This document shows positions 1 through 12,357 of a stretch of DNA of 64,000 nucleotides, piece after piece. The DNA is from Mustelus asterias. Lineage: Eukaryota. The position numbers and the translations under genes were made by a program. A model generated the notes under the pieces. It made no database searches and was not told the DNA's origin. It saw nothing but the letters and a program-made list of their open reading frames with translations. The stretch is from assembly GCF_964213995.1 (NCBI RefSeq), contig NC_135810.1, positions 67,704,001-67,768,000 of the forward strand, read 5' to 3'. Positions within the stretch are counted from its first letter, which is position 1; every line of letters begins with the position of its first letter.

Positions 1-254
1 CAAACTGAGCCAAATTTGGCAAGAGCTTCAAATAAGCCTGCATAGCCCCAAGAGTAAACCATCTGGCACTATCGCCCAGAGAGGAGCTATGCTCAGGAAT
101 TATTTCACACAAAGAGTAGGTTTACAGTCCATCGTACTTTGGTTTCATTGTTCTGCATTGCTACATCACCTCATGTTGAAATATTCTGGGAAATTAATTG
201 AGGTGGGAAATGATTCTTGCACTTGAATCAGAATACATGTCTGTGAGAGTTGTA

Positions 255-770
255 GCATGTCTGCTACAACTCTCACCAACTTATACAGATGCACCATAGA
301 AAGCATTCTTTCCGGTTGTATCACAGCTTGGTATTGCTCCTGCTCTGTCCAAAACCGTAATAAACTACAATGGGTCGTGAACGAAGCCCAGTCCATCACT
401 CAAACCAGCCTCCCATCCATTGACACTGTCTACACTTCCAGCTGCCTCGGAAAAACAGCTGACATAATTAAGGACCCCACGCACCCCGGACATACTGTCT
501 TCCACCTTCTTCCATGGGAAAAAGATACAAAAGCCTGATGACACGTACCAACCGACTCAAAAACAGCTTCTTCCCTGAAGCCATCAGACTTTTCAATGGA
601 CTTACCTCACATTAAGTTGATCTTTCTCTACACCCTAGCTATGACTGTAACACTACATTCTGCACTCTCTCCTTTCCTTCCCTATGTACAGTATGCCTTC
701 CCTGTATAGCATGCAAGAAACAATACTTTTCACTGTATACTAATACATATGACAATAAATCAAATCAAAC
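255..770 (+). mobile_element. Rex1/Babar-clade non-LTR retrotransposon, 3' fragment
   Basis: ORF 257-538 (YRCTIESILSGCITAWY...IIKDPTHPGH) is a typical Rex1 RT C-terminus; 3' UTR ends AATAAATCAAATCAAA; homologous to the copies at 15.7 kb, 20.2 kb and 58.4 kb. Confidence 0.85.
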
Positions 771-1037
771 ATTATTAAAATAAGGGGAGGAAAGGCAAAA
801 TACTGCAGATGCTGTAAAATCTGAAATAAAAACATTGTTGGAAACATTCAGCAGGCCAGCGCTATTGTTTGGTTCAAATAGGAAACTATTCAATAATGGA
901 ATACTTCATGTATTGTGAAGATGTTGTCTTACACAACCTTATACTAAAACCAACAGCTGCTACTGTTGACATTTTTGTTGGCTAACATGGATGTATAGAG
1001 CTTTGTAATTTGGCTGCTGTTGAACAAAATGTCGCAA

Positions 1038-1576
1038 GAAGCCTCACAACACCAGGTTAAAGTCCAACAGGTTTCTTTGGTAGCACAGCCACGAGCTTTC
1101 AGAGCGCTGCTCCTTCATCAGATGAGTGGGATTTCAGTTCACAAACAGGACATATAAAGACATAAACTCAATTTACAAAATAATGGTTGGAATGCGAGTC
1201 TTTACAGGTAATCAAGTCTTAAAGGTACAGACAATGTGAGTGGAGAGAGGGTTAAGCACAGGTTAAAGAGATGTGTATTGTTTCCAGCCAGGACAGTTAG
1301 TGAGATTTTGCAAGCCCAGGCAAGTTGTGGGGGATACAGATAGTGTGACATGAACCCAAGATCCTGGTTGAGGCCGTCCTCATGGGTGCGGAACTTGGCT
1401 ATCAGTCTCTGCTCAGCGACTCTGCGTTGTCCTGTGTTGTGAAGGCCGCCTTGGAGAACGCTTACCCGAAGATCAGAGGCCGAATGCCCGTGACCGCTGA
1501 AGTGTTAACCAACAGGAAGAGAACATTCTTGTTTGATGATTGTCGAGCGGTGTTCATTCATCCGCTGTCGTAGAGT
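1038..1576 (-). mobile_element. Penelope-like element fragment: GIY-YIG endonuclease C-terminus plus pseudo-LTR
   Basis: Minus strand translates TLRQRMNEHRSTIIKQECSLPVG*HFSGHGHSASDLRVSVLQGG...AEQRLIAKFRTHEDGLNQDLG, followed by a pLTR containing CTGATGAAGGAGCAGCGCTCTGAAAGC; truncated at the minisatellite. Confidence 0.85.
1050..1128 (-). ncRNA. Degenerate minimal hammerhead ribozyme in the Penelope pLTR
   Basis: CUGAUGA core, stem II (GGAGC-AGC-GCUCU), then GAAA at 1121-1097; stem III is imperfect in this copy. Confidence 0.55.
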
Positions 1577-3230
1577 CCCCCCCCACACGCACTCTTCGCC
1601 CCCACATGCACCCTCCCGCCCCGCACGCACTCTCCTCCCCGCACGCACTCTCCTCCCCGCACGCACTCTCCTCCACACACGCACTCTCCTCCCCGCACGC
1701 ACTCTCCTCCCCGCACACACTCTCCTCCCCGCACGCACGCACTCCCCCCCCGCCCCCCACATGCACTCTTCCCCCCCGCACATACTCTTCCCCCCGCACG
1801 TACTCTCCCCCCGCACGTACTCTCCCCCCGCACGTACTCTCCCCCCGCACGTACTCTCCCCCCGCACGTACTCTCCCCCCGCACGTACTCTCCCCCCGCA
1901 CGTACTCTCCCCCCGCACGTACTCTCCCCCCGCACGTACTCTCCCCCCGCACGTACTCTCCCCCCGCACGTACTCTCCCCCCGCACGTACTCTCCCCCCG
2001 CACGTACTCTCCCCCCGCACGTACTCTCCCCCTGCACGTACTCTCCCCCCGCACGTACTCTCCCCCCCGCACGTACTCTCCCCCCCGCACGTACTCTCCC
2101 CCCCGCACGTACTCTCCCCCCCGCACGTACTCTCCCCCCCGCACGTACTCTCCCCCCCGCACGTACTCTCCCCCCCGCACGTACTCTCCCCCCCGCACGT
2201 GCTCTCCCCCCCGCACGTGCTCTCCCCCCCGCACGTACTCTCCCCCCCGCACGTACTCTCCCCCCCGCACGTACTCTCCCCCCCGCACGTACTCTCCCCC
2301 CCGCACGTACTCTCCCCCCCGCACGTACTCTCCCCCCCGCACGTACTCTCCCCCCCGCACGTACTCTCCCCCCCGCACGTACTCTCCCCCCCGCACGTAC
2401 TCTCCCCCCCGCACGTACTCTCCCCCCCGCACGTACTCTCCCCCCCGCACGTACTCTCCCCCCCGCACGTACTCTCCCCCCCGCACGTACTCTCCCCCCC
2501 GCACGTACTCTCCCCCCGCACGTACTCTCCCCCCGCACGTACTCTGCCCCCGCACGTACTCTGCCCCCGCACGTACTCTGCCCCCGCACGTACTCTGCCC
2601 CCGCACGTACTCTGCCCCCGCACGTACTCTGCCCCCGCACGTACTCTGCCCCCGCACGTACTCTGCCCCCGCACGTACTCTGCCCCCGCACGTACTCTGC
2701 CCCCGCACGTACTCTGCCCCCGCACGTACTCTGCCCCCGCACGTACGCTGCCCCCGCACGTACTCTGCCCCCGCCGCACTCTGCCCCCGCACGCACTCTT
2801 CCCTCCCCGCACGCACACTTCCCCCCCCCCCGCACGCACTCTCCCCCCCCGCACGCACTCTCCCCCCCCCGCACGCACTCTCCCCCCCCCGCACGCACTC
2901 TCCCCCCCCGCACGCACTCTCCCCCCCCGCACGCACTCTCCCCCCCCCGCACGCACTCTCCCCCCCCCGCACGCACTCTCCCCCCCCCCCCGCACGCACT
3001 CTCCGCCCCCCCGCACGCACTCTCCGCCCCCCCGCACGCACTCTCCGCCCCCCCGCACGCACTCTCCGCCCCCCCGCACGCACTCTCCGCCCCCCCGCAC
3101 GCACTCTCCGCCCCCCCCGCACGCACTCTCCGCCCCCCCCGCGCGCACTCTTTCCCCCCCCCCGCGCGCACTCTTTCCCCCCCCCGCGCGCACTCTTCCC
3201 CCCGCACGGACACTCCCCCCTGCACGTACC
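1577..3230. repeat. GC-rich minisatellite, 17-20 bp unit GCACG(T/C)ACTCT(C/G)Cn, arranged in blocks of variants
   Basis: Directly visible tandem array; explains the five or six long stop-free ORFs at 1505-3387. Confidence 0.97.
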
Positions 3231-3559
3231 CTTGCTCTCCCCTCATTCCCCCTTTCTCCCCTTTACATTCCCTCCCTCTAATCCCTCAGGCAACTACCTC
3301 TGCTCCCTCAGATTCCCCTTTCACTCTCTATTTCTCTCTCTCACAGTCTCCACTTACTCACTCAGATGCCAGTGTGCCCTGCTTTAGTTTGCCCTGGTCC
3401 CACATTGGCTCTCTTGTGTCCCGCTCTGGTTCCCTTGTGCCTACTCTAGCTCCCTCACATCCTGTTCCCTGACCTTGGAACATATCTCAAAAACTTAACC
3501 TCCCTCTGTTTACTGCTTGTCCAATCATAGGCTGGTTTCTCTCTGCATTTGCTGCTGAT

Positions 3560-3692
3560 GGGTCACTAGTGAGCTCGCTTTACAGCACTTTTAAAATACG
3601 AATCAGTTGAATATTCAATAAGTTTGGCATGCTGAGTCTAGAGGCCTCAGCAGCTGTGATGTGGCCTGCGGGCTGTGAATTGGACAAGTCTG
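3560..3692. mobile_element. Possible right end of a hAT/Charlie-like non-autonomous element
   Basis: GTGGCCTGCGGGCTGTGAATTGGACAAGTCTG followed by GGCTAGA resembles Charlie-type termini; partner end not found. Confidence 0.35.
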
Positions 3693-4062
3693 GGCTAGAT
3701 GGTTTCATTTTTCAGTGAAAGCTGATAACTTGCTGACTAGACTCTTGGTTGTCCATTTGAATAGCATCTTCAGTTATCTGTGTGCATTTGGCACTAGTCG
3801 TAAGATTGCCAAGACTAGTAGCTATTAGCTGCTTGAAGCAGAACCTCAAAAGTAGTAATCTCTGGATTTTTATTTGAGCTGCATGTAAATTGCCATAGGA
3901 CAAATAAGTTTAGGCAAATGAATGCATGACTCAAAGATTGGTATAGGAGAAGTTGGTTCTAATTAGAGGCAGACTTTCACTTTTGGAGGCCCCACGCTCT
4001 GCCTCTATGTTAGAACTTCCCATGACATCACATTCTCTCTCCCCCCTGCCCCTGCCCCTGTT

Positions 4063-4846
4063 TCTGCTCCCGCCCCAGCCCCACCGCTCCCGCCCCAGCC
4101 CCACCGCTCCCGCCCCAGCCCCACCGCTCCCGCCCCAGCCCCACCGCTCCCGCCCCAGCCCCACCGCTCCCGCCCCAGCCCCACCGCTCCCGCCCCAGCC
4201 CCACCGCTCCCGCCCCAGCCCCACCGCTCCCGCCCCAGCCCCACCGCTCCCGCCCCAGCCCCACCGCTCCCGCCCCAGCCCCACCGCTCCCGCCCCTGCC
4301 CCACCGCTCCCGCCCCAGCCCCACCGCTCCCGCCCCAGCCCCACCGCTCCCGCCCCAGCCCCACCGCTCCCGCCCCAGCCCCACCGCTCCCGGCCCAGCC
4401 CCACCGCTCCCGCCCCAGCCCCACCGCTCCCGCCCCAGCCCCACCGCTCCCGCCCCAGCCCCACCGCTCCCGCCCCAGCCCCACCGCTCCCGCCCCAGCC
4501 CCACCGCTCCCGCCCCAGCCCCACCGCTCCCGCCCCAGCCCCACCGCTCCCGCCCCAGCCCCACCGCTCCCGCCCCAGCCCCACCGCTCCCGCCCCAGCC
4601 CCACCGCTCCCGCCCCAGCCCCACCGCTCCCGCCCCAGCCCCACCGCTCCCGCCCCAGCCCCACCGCTCCCGCCCCTGCCCCACCGCTCCCGCCCCAGCC
4701 CCACCGCTCCCGCCCCAGCCCCACCGCTCCCGCCCCAGCCCCACCGCTCCCGCCCCACCGCTCCCGCCCCAGCCCCACCGCCCCAGCCCCACCGCTCCCG
4801 CCGCCCCAGCCCCACCGCTCCCGCCCCACCGCTCCAGCCCCACCGC
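4063..4846. repeat. Minisatellite, 20-bp unit CCCCACCGCTCCCGCCCCAG, about 34 near-perfect copies plus a degenerate end
   Basis: Directly visible; rare variants (CCCCTG, CGGCCC). Confidence 0.97.
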
Positions 4847-4934
4847 TGGTGATGTCAAGACCCATCCACCAGTGATGTCAAACCTCTGCTCAAATGACAT
4901 CATTGACCTCCTGACCACACCCACCCTCAGTTCC

Positions 4935-5262
4935 CACAATGCAAGTCACAAAAATACAGAAAAGTACATAGTTTAATGCTTCAATGCTTTTTAACTTACA
5001 AAAACAAGCCGTAATTGATCCATTCAAATCCACAATGCAAGCCACAGGAACCCAAAAAAGTACAAGTACACAAATCACTGCTTACTGCTTCAGTGCTTTG
5101 TAATCAATGAAAGCAAGTCTATAACTGATTAATTCAAATTCAAATCCACAATACAAGCTACAAAAATATAAAAAAAACAGATGACAAATCACTCCTTAAC
5201 TGCTTTAGTGCTTTTTAACTTATGAAAACAAGCCTGGAATTAATCAATTGAAATCCAAGCCT
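4935..5262. repeat. About three degenerate ~100-bp tandem repeats (CCACAATGCAAG...ACAAATCAC...GTGCTTTTTAAC...AACAAGCC), probably subterminal repeats of the hAT element
   Basis: Motifs recur at ~4935, ~5030 and ~5146. Confidence 0.6.
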
Positions 5263-5456
5263 AGCTGTTGTCAGCATTATGGTAGAGATGATCAATATTA
5301 CAAACTATGTGTCTTGAGATGAGCAAACATGGAACTGGCCAATGAGCAGCAAGATGGAGAACTCAGGTAATGATATGACTGCAGCACAGCGCATGAGCCA
5401 GAAAAAGTCCATTGAAAGAGCAAATACTCCAATCAAGTGGAATCCAGTGAGTCCAA

Positions 5457-5716
5457 TGTTATAATATAACCAACGATAACATACTGTGAGGGTCAGCTGA
5501 CCTGGTAGACAATGTAACCACTGACAAAATGATGTAATGGTCAGCTGATCCAGCATAAATACGAAGCAACTGGGCATTGTGGGGAGCTTGTACGGTCCAA
5601 GGTGTGGCCCCAAGTGTTGCAGTAATGAAGTTTATTTATTAAATCTTTTTATTTGACTTACTTTCTGAAGTTCTTTTATTGCTTGCAACTGAAGTACTCC
5701 TGCTGCTGGATGAACA
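5457..5716 (+). repeat. 5' LTR of the Copia element
   Basis: TGTT...AACA ends; aligns by eye with 12075-12357. Confidence 0.85.
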
Positions 5717-5717
5717 C

Positions 5718-5730
5718 TGGTAGCAGAGGA
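5718..5730 (+). promoter_or_regulatory. Primer-binding site complementary to the 3' end of initiator tRNA-Met
   Basis: TGGTAGCAGAGGA, 1 nt after the LTR end; matches tRNAiMet ...UCCUCUGCUACCA. Confidence 0.85.
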
Positions 5731-6910
5731 AAACCCATTGTAGCTTGGTATTTGTTTTGTAAGGCCTGAAGTGGTGTTACAGACTCAGGACATTACCATA
5801 GGAGAAGGTAGAAGCAAACATGCATTGTTTGACTGTCCCAATGTCTTTTCGGATGCCGAACCACACCAACAATGGAAGGCAGAAGTGGAAATGTGGACGC
5901 TTGTTACTACAATATCGAGGAAAAAGCAAGGTATGGCCTTAGCTTTGTCACTTCTGGCCAGAAGTAAGATAAGGAGCAAAGTGTTTTCTCATTGGACTGC
6001 AGATGCCCTAAATAAAGAAGAAGGGTTGCAGCTTCTGTTGCAATATCTAGATAGGTTTTACCAAAAAGATGAGTTTTTGGAGAATTATGAAGGTTGGATG
6101 ATTTTTGACAGTATTAGAAGACAGGAAAACCAGTCCATAGAGGAATATATCATGGATTTTGATAGGGGCTGTAACAGGCTAATGAAATTTAATTTGTAGA
6201 TTCCAGATGTGGTATTGGCCTTTAAGTTGTTGGACTGTGCGTATTTGTCTCAGATGGACACTCATCTGGGGATGACTGGAGTTAAGGAAACAGAGGCCCT
6301 CCTTGATCAAATGATAGCATCATTAAAAAAGTTTTTTGGGAAACAATCGTTCCCTTTCACTTTTTTCAATTCAGATTGGAATGTTATAGCACCCAGAATA
6401 GAGGATTTAGTGGTAGCTCAGCTGCGTTCTTGACCAAATGGCACACAATGGCCCCTAAACTGAGCCATTTACACTAATAATAGATCTGATGCTGAAACCA
6501 GATATAACCAATTTGATGATGGAGATAGAAGATGCACATGGGAGGGTGATAGAAGATGTTTACAATGAAGAAATAGAAAAGGGATTATGAATCACTGTTT
6601 TCAATGCCATATCACTACATAGTGAATTGTCCAAAAAGAAGAAATTAAGTCTTTGAAACCACACACAAAACAGAATACATAGAAACTGACAGTGATGAAG
6701 ATAAGGACCATGAAGGCATTGTTTTGGTCACAGAAAAATTGAGCCCAATAATGAGTGTGCTGATGTTTGACTCTTTCAGTTTTGGATAGTGGATGTACAT
6801 CAACTGTATGTGGCAAAGATTGGCTAAACTGCTATTTAGGGTCCCTTGATCATAAAGAGTGAAAGAAAGTTAAAGAATGTGATACTTTTGCCAGTTTTCG
6901 ATTTGGAGAT

Positions 6911-7729
6911 AGAAACATAGAAACATAGAAAACTACAGCACAAAACAGGCCCTTCAGCCCCACAAGTTGTGCCGAACATATCCCTACCTTTTAGGCCTAC
7001 CTATAACCCTCCATCCTATTAAGTCCCATGTACTCATCCAGGAGTCTCTTAAAAGACCCTATTGAGTTTGCCTCCACCACCACTGACGGCAGCCGATTCC
7101 ACTCGCCCACCACCCTCTGTGTGAAAAACTTCCCCCTAACATTTCCCCTGTACCTACCCCCCAGCACCTTAAACCTGTGTCCTCTTGTAGCAGCCATTTC
7201 CACCCTGGGAAAAAGCCTCTGTGAGTCCACCCGATCTATGCCTCTCAACATCTTATATACCTCTATTAGGTCTCCTCTCATCCTATGTCTCTCCAAGGAG
7301 AAAAGACCGAGCTCCCTCAGCCTATCCTCATAAGGCATGCCACTCAATCCAGGCAAAACAGCCTTGTAAATCTCCTCTGCACCCTTTCAATCTTTTCCAC
7401 ATCCTTCCTGTAATGAGGCGACCAGAACTGAGCACAGTACTCCAAGTGGGGTCTGACGAGGGTCTTATATAGCTGCATCATTATCCCCGGACTCCTAAAC
7501 TCAATCCCTCGATTGATAAAGGCCAGCACACATACACCTTCTTAACCACCTCCTCCACCTGCGGGACCAATTTTAGAGTCCTATGGACCCGGACCCCAAG
7601 GTCCTTCTGATCCTCTACCGTACTAAGAGTCTTTCCCTTTATATTGTACTCCTTCATCCCATTTGGCCTGCCAAAATGGACCACGACGCATTTATCTGGG
7701 TTGAAGTCCATCTGCCACTTCTCCGCCCA
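6911..7729 (-). mobile_element. CR1-clade LINE 3' fragment inserted in the Copia protease region
   Basis: ORFs with LVRPHLEYCAQFWSP and RLRELGLFSLE; (TTCTATGT)n tail; interrupts FRFGD|DDH. Confidence 0.92.
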
Positions 7730-9028
7730 TGATGATCATACTTTAACTTACTCCAAAAGGGTGGTACTTCCCTGTAGAATTGCAGGAATCAGCTTGTTCA
7801 TAAGTACAGATGCTGTTTCAAGTGACATATCTTTGTTATTAAGCAGGTCTGCCATGAAAAAAGCCCAGATGACTATCGATTTGAAGCATGACAAAGCTGT
7901 GGTATTTGGAAGATGTGTAGATCTACATTTTAGAAGGTCAGGCCATGATTGCCTTCCCTTAAGTGAACTGAAAATGTCTAACCAAAGGATTCATGATGCA
8001 TTAGTGTTGCTTACAGACAACAGCTTGATGGACAAAAAAAATTATTTTGCAACTTCGTAAGCAGTTTGCTCAGCCAGCACCACAGAGACTGAGAGCATTG
8101 ATGCAGGTGTGCTGGATAAAGGCTATAATGATCTCTTAGAGCAAATATCAGCCCAGTGTGAGATTTGTACAAAATATGAAGGAACCTCCGCGTCCAGTCA
8201 TGAATCTACCATTAGCCCAGGATTTCAACGATGTAGTGGCGATGGATTTGAAGATTTGGGGTAAAGGCAAAGGCATCTATTTATTATGTTTCATGGACAT
8301 AGCAACCTGCTTTAGCATATCTACAGTGATTTACACCAAAGATAAAAAGACTATTGTGGACAAAATTCTGACTTATTGGCTTGGAACTGGGTTGGGAGCA
8401 CTGTCTAAATTCTTGACAGATAATGGGGGTGAATTTGCAAATGATAAGTTCCAAGATGTGTGCGAAAATTTAAATATTATGGTGATGCACACTGCAGCAG
8501 AAAGCCCATTCAGCAATGGCCTCTGTGAATGGAATCATGCAGTAATAGATGATATGCTGCATAAGGTTTTGGCAGATCAACCAGGTCTACTATAAAAGAG
8601 AGGGTCTAAAAGAATGGAAAGGGCCAGGTAAAGTGATCAGGACGGATGGCAAAATAGTTTACCACAACATGGTAACCAGACAATGTGAGCCCACTCTTCG
8701 AGAATAGTGGGAATTGATTATGATTTTGGAGCATCTGAACAGGTTGTAGAAATACAAGAAGCACCTTGTACCTCATACCTCGTATACACATACCTTGAGC
8801 AGCTATAGATGAGAGGGAATCTGATGACCAGCTAAGCAACAGTGAGGCAGGGGATGAAGTTGTTACTTCAAAGGTTCAGTTACCCGAAGTGGTATCATAC
8901 ATATTCAAAGGATCAAGTGACAGATGCCACAATAATTGGAAGAGTAGGAAAAGCCTCAGGAAAGTATAAACACTGGCTCAACATCCAAGAGCAAGGGCAA
9001 AAAGCGAAAGATATAGATTGGGAAAATT

Positions 9029-10912
9029 CATAGCCCATGGGTATAGAGTCATAGAGGTTTACAGCATGGAAACAGGCCCTTCGGCCCAACTTGTCCATGC
9101 TGTCCCCTATTTAACCCCTAAGCAAGCCCCAATTGCCCATTTTTGGCCCATATCCGTCTATACCCATCTTACCCATGTAACTGTCTAAACACCTTTTAAA
9201 AGACACAATTGTACCTGCCTCTACTACTACCACCTCTGGCAGCTGTTCCAGGCACTCACCACACTCTGTGTGGGAAAAGATTGCCCCTCTGGACCCTTTT
9301 GTATCTCTCCCTTCTCACCTCAGTGTCCCGAGATGCATAGCTTAGAGGGATTAGCGGGTAAATGTGTAGGGATATGGGGATAGGGCCTGGGTGGGATTGT
9401 GGTTGGTTTAAACTCGATGGGCCGAATGGCCTCTTTCTGCACTGTAGGGTTCTATGATTCTATATCTTAAACCTATGCCGTTTAGTTTTAGACTCCCCTA
9501 CCTTTGGGAAAAGATATTGATTATCTAGCTGATCTATGCCCCTCATTATTTTATAGACCTCTATAAGATCACCCCTAATCCTCCTACGCTCCAGAGAAAA
9601 AGGTTGCAGACTATCCAGCCTCTCCTTATAATCAAACCATCAAGTCCCGGTAGCTTCCTAGTAAATGTTTTCTGCACTCCTTCTAGTTTAATGATATCCT
9701 TTCTGTTATAGGGTGACCAGAACTGTACACAGTATTCCAAGTGTGGCCTTACCAATGTCCTGTACAACTTAAACAAGACGTACCAACTCCTGTATTCAAT
9801 GTTCTGACCAGTGAAACCAAGCATGCTGAATGCCTTCTTCACCACTCTGTCCACCTGTGACTGCACTTTCAAGGAGCTATGAATCTGTACCCCTAGATCT
9901 CTTTGTTCATTAACTCTCCCCAACACCCTACCATCAACTGAGTAAGTCCTGCCCTGGTTCAATCTACCAAAATGCATCATCTCGCATTTATCTAAATTAA
10001 ACACCATCTGCCATTCGTCAGCCCACTGGCCCAATTGATCAAGATCCCGTTGTAATCCTAGATAAACTTCACTGTCCACTATGCCACCAATCTTGGTGTC
10101 ATCTGCAAACTTACTAATAATGCCTCCTAAATTCTCATCCAAATTATTAATATAAATGACAAATAACAATGGACCCAGCACCGATCTCTGAGGCACACTG
10201 CTGGTCACAGGTCTCCAGTTTGAAAAACAACCTTCTACAACCACCCTCTGTCTTCTGTCATCAAGCCAATTTTGTATCCATTTGGCTATCTCATCCTGGA
10301 TCCCGTGAGATTTAACCTTATGCAACAACCTACTATGCGGTACCTTGCCAAAGGCCTTGCTAAAGTGCATGTAGACAACATCAACTGCACTGCCCTCATC
10401 TACCGCCTTGGTTACCCCTTCAAAAAACTCAATCAAATTTGTGAGACATGATTTTCCACTCACAAAACCATGCTGACAGTCCCTAATCAGCCCTTGCGTC
10501 TCTAAATGCCTGTAGATCCTGTCTTTCAAAATACCTTCTAACAACTTACCCACTACGGATGTGAGGCTCACCTGTCTGTAGTTCCCAGGCTTTTCCCTGC
10601 AACACTTCTTAAACAAAGGCACAACATTTGCCACCCTCCAATCTGAAGGCACCTCACCTGTGACTATCGATGATTCAAATATCTCTGCTAGGGGACCCAC
10701 AATTCCCTCCTTAGTCTCCCACAATGTCTTGGGATACACTTCATCAGATCTTGGGGATTTATCTACCTTGATGCGCTTTAAGGCTTCCAGCACTTCCTTC
10801 TCTATAATATGTACACTCCTCAAGACATCACTACTTATTTCCCCAACTTCCCTAACATCCATGCTTTTCTCAACAGTGAATACTGATGAGAAATATTCAT
10901 TTAGGATCTCAC
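9029..10912 (-). mobile_element. CR1-clade LINE RT fragment inserted between Copia integrase and RT
   Basis: ORF 9561-10970 contains QHGF, VPQRSVLGPLLF, KFADDTK and LVRPHLEYC; 3' tail at ~9030-9090. Confidence 0.92.
9322..9465 (+). mobile_element. HE1-like (V-SINE) 3' fragment nested in the CR1
   Basis: Matches the 3' half of the SINE at 40697-41043; TTCTATGA tail. Confidence 0.8.
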
Positions 10913-12074
10913 AGGGAACACTTGGTGAGGAACACTTGGCGTGGAGAGACATTAGGATTGATTCACCCACAGCAGGGAAAATGACACTGAATTTTTTTTT
11001 GCTGTCCTAGCATCTAATAATTGGGAATGTAAGTCGATAGATATCAAAGCAGCATTTCTGCAGGGCGAAACATTTCAAAGACAAGTTCTTTTTTAAGCCA
11101 TCCAAAGAAGCAGGTAATACATAGGGACAGCTGTGGAAACTGAACAAATGCATTTACAGATTAAGTGATGCATCAATGGTTTGGTATTTTTCTGTACGAT
11201 CTGAAAACTGGCTGTGTCCAGTTAAAAGCAGATCCTGCAATGTTCTATTGGAAGTCTGAAGGAAAATTGGCTGGAATTTTCGTGATGCGTGTTGATGATT
11301 TCCTATAGGGTGGCACAGAGTTTGGAAAGGGAGTAATAGGCTAACGACAGAATTTAAAGTAGGGAGTCAAGCAGCTGGTGCTTTTCAATATCTCGGTCTT
11401 GATGTCCGACAAAACAAATCCGGGGTAACGATGAATCAACAGGGATATCTAAACAGCTTTGATCCTATTCCCAGAGAAAGGTCAATTGAAAAGAGAGAAA
11501 CTGGCCAACGGAAAAGAAACAGAATTGTTGAGGCGTATGATAGGACAGCTAAATTGACTATGCACACAGACAAGATTGGATGGGAGCTATAATGTCCGAG
11601 AGCTAAGTAATATAATTTTCTGCGAGATCTTGCAGGCAAACGAAACTTTAAAAAAGAGGAATGTGTAATTAAATTCCCAGCACTGGGAGAACCGGACAAC
11701 ATGAAGTTAATTGTGTTTAGTGAGGCTTCACACGTCAGTCTACCAGATGGACATTCAAGCGGTGCTGGATTCATAATATTCCTGGTAGATATTATGGCAA
11801 CGTCAGGAAAGAAAGTACCAATGAACTGTTATGTGGACAATTGGTCTTTATGGGACGATGTTCACTTGACAAAAAGTGTAACAGAAAAGTGACTGAGAAT
11901 TGATTTGGCCAGCATTAAACAAATGCTGGAAAACAAGGAGGTTTCAAAGCTCAACTGGGTTGGTGCAACTCTACAGTTATTCGACTGCTTTACTAAAAAG
12001 GGCGCAGGTACTGGCAAGTTGTTAAGAATACTGGTTACCATAAACTAATTTGAAAAAATAGAAAAAAGAGAATC

Positions 12075-12357
12075 AGTTATAGTGTAACCAATGATAACAC
12101 TGGCTACATTATAACAGATCCAATGGTAACATGCTGTGAGGGTCAGCTGACCCAGTAGACAATGTAACCAATGACAAATTATGTGGTGGTCAGCTGACCC
12201 ACTATAAATAAGAAGCAGATGGAAATTGAGGGGAGCTTGAGTGGCCCAAGTGTTGGAGTAATGATGCTTTTTTATTAAACCTTTTGCTTTGATTTACTTT
12301 CTGAAGTTAGTTTTTTTTATTGCTTGCAACAGAAATACTCCTACTGCCAGATGAACA
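12075..12357 (+). repeat. 3' LTR of the Copia element
   Basis: Homologous to 5457-5716; ends GATGAACA followed by the TSD. Confidence 0.85.

Larger units (their letters stand above)
5771..12045 (+). pseudogene. Disrupted Copia gag-pol: gag 5.8-6.6 kb, protease ~6.78-7.95 kb, integrase 8.16-8.6 kb, RT ~10.9-11.5 kb, RNase H ~11.7-12.0 kb
   Basis: Integrase DVVAMDLK / FLTDNGGEF / SPFSNGLCE; RT RIDSPTAGK, WKLNKCIY; RNase H LIVFSEAS...LRIDLASIKQML...QLFDCFTK; many stops and frameshifts. Confidence 0.85.
5457..12357 (+). mobile_element. Decayed full-length Ty1/Copia LTR retrotransposon, GalEa-like
   Basis: LTRs 5457-5716 and ~12075-12357; TSD TCCAA (5452-5456, 12358-12362); PBS TGGTAGCAGAGGA; purine tract before the 3' LTR; domain order gag, PR (LDSGCTSTVCG), IN, RT (IDIKAAFLQG, VDDF), RNase H is the Copia order. 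Confidence 0.9.

Noticed and set aside
1505-3387. Five to six overlapping 520-615 aa ORFs, including YSPPRT repeats resembling the Pol II CTD or extensins
   Set aside because: Open in almost all frames on both strands because the repeat unit contains no stop codon; a tandem-repeat artefact
1577-4846. CRISPR array or immunoglobulin switch region
   Set aside because: Repeats are head-to-tail with no unique spacers, the context is eukaryotic, and there are no cas or Ig segments and no dense AGCT motifs
3931-4939. ~300-aa Pro/Gly-rich ORFs
   Set aside because: Translations of the 20-bp minisatellite
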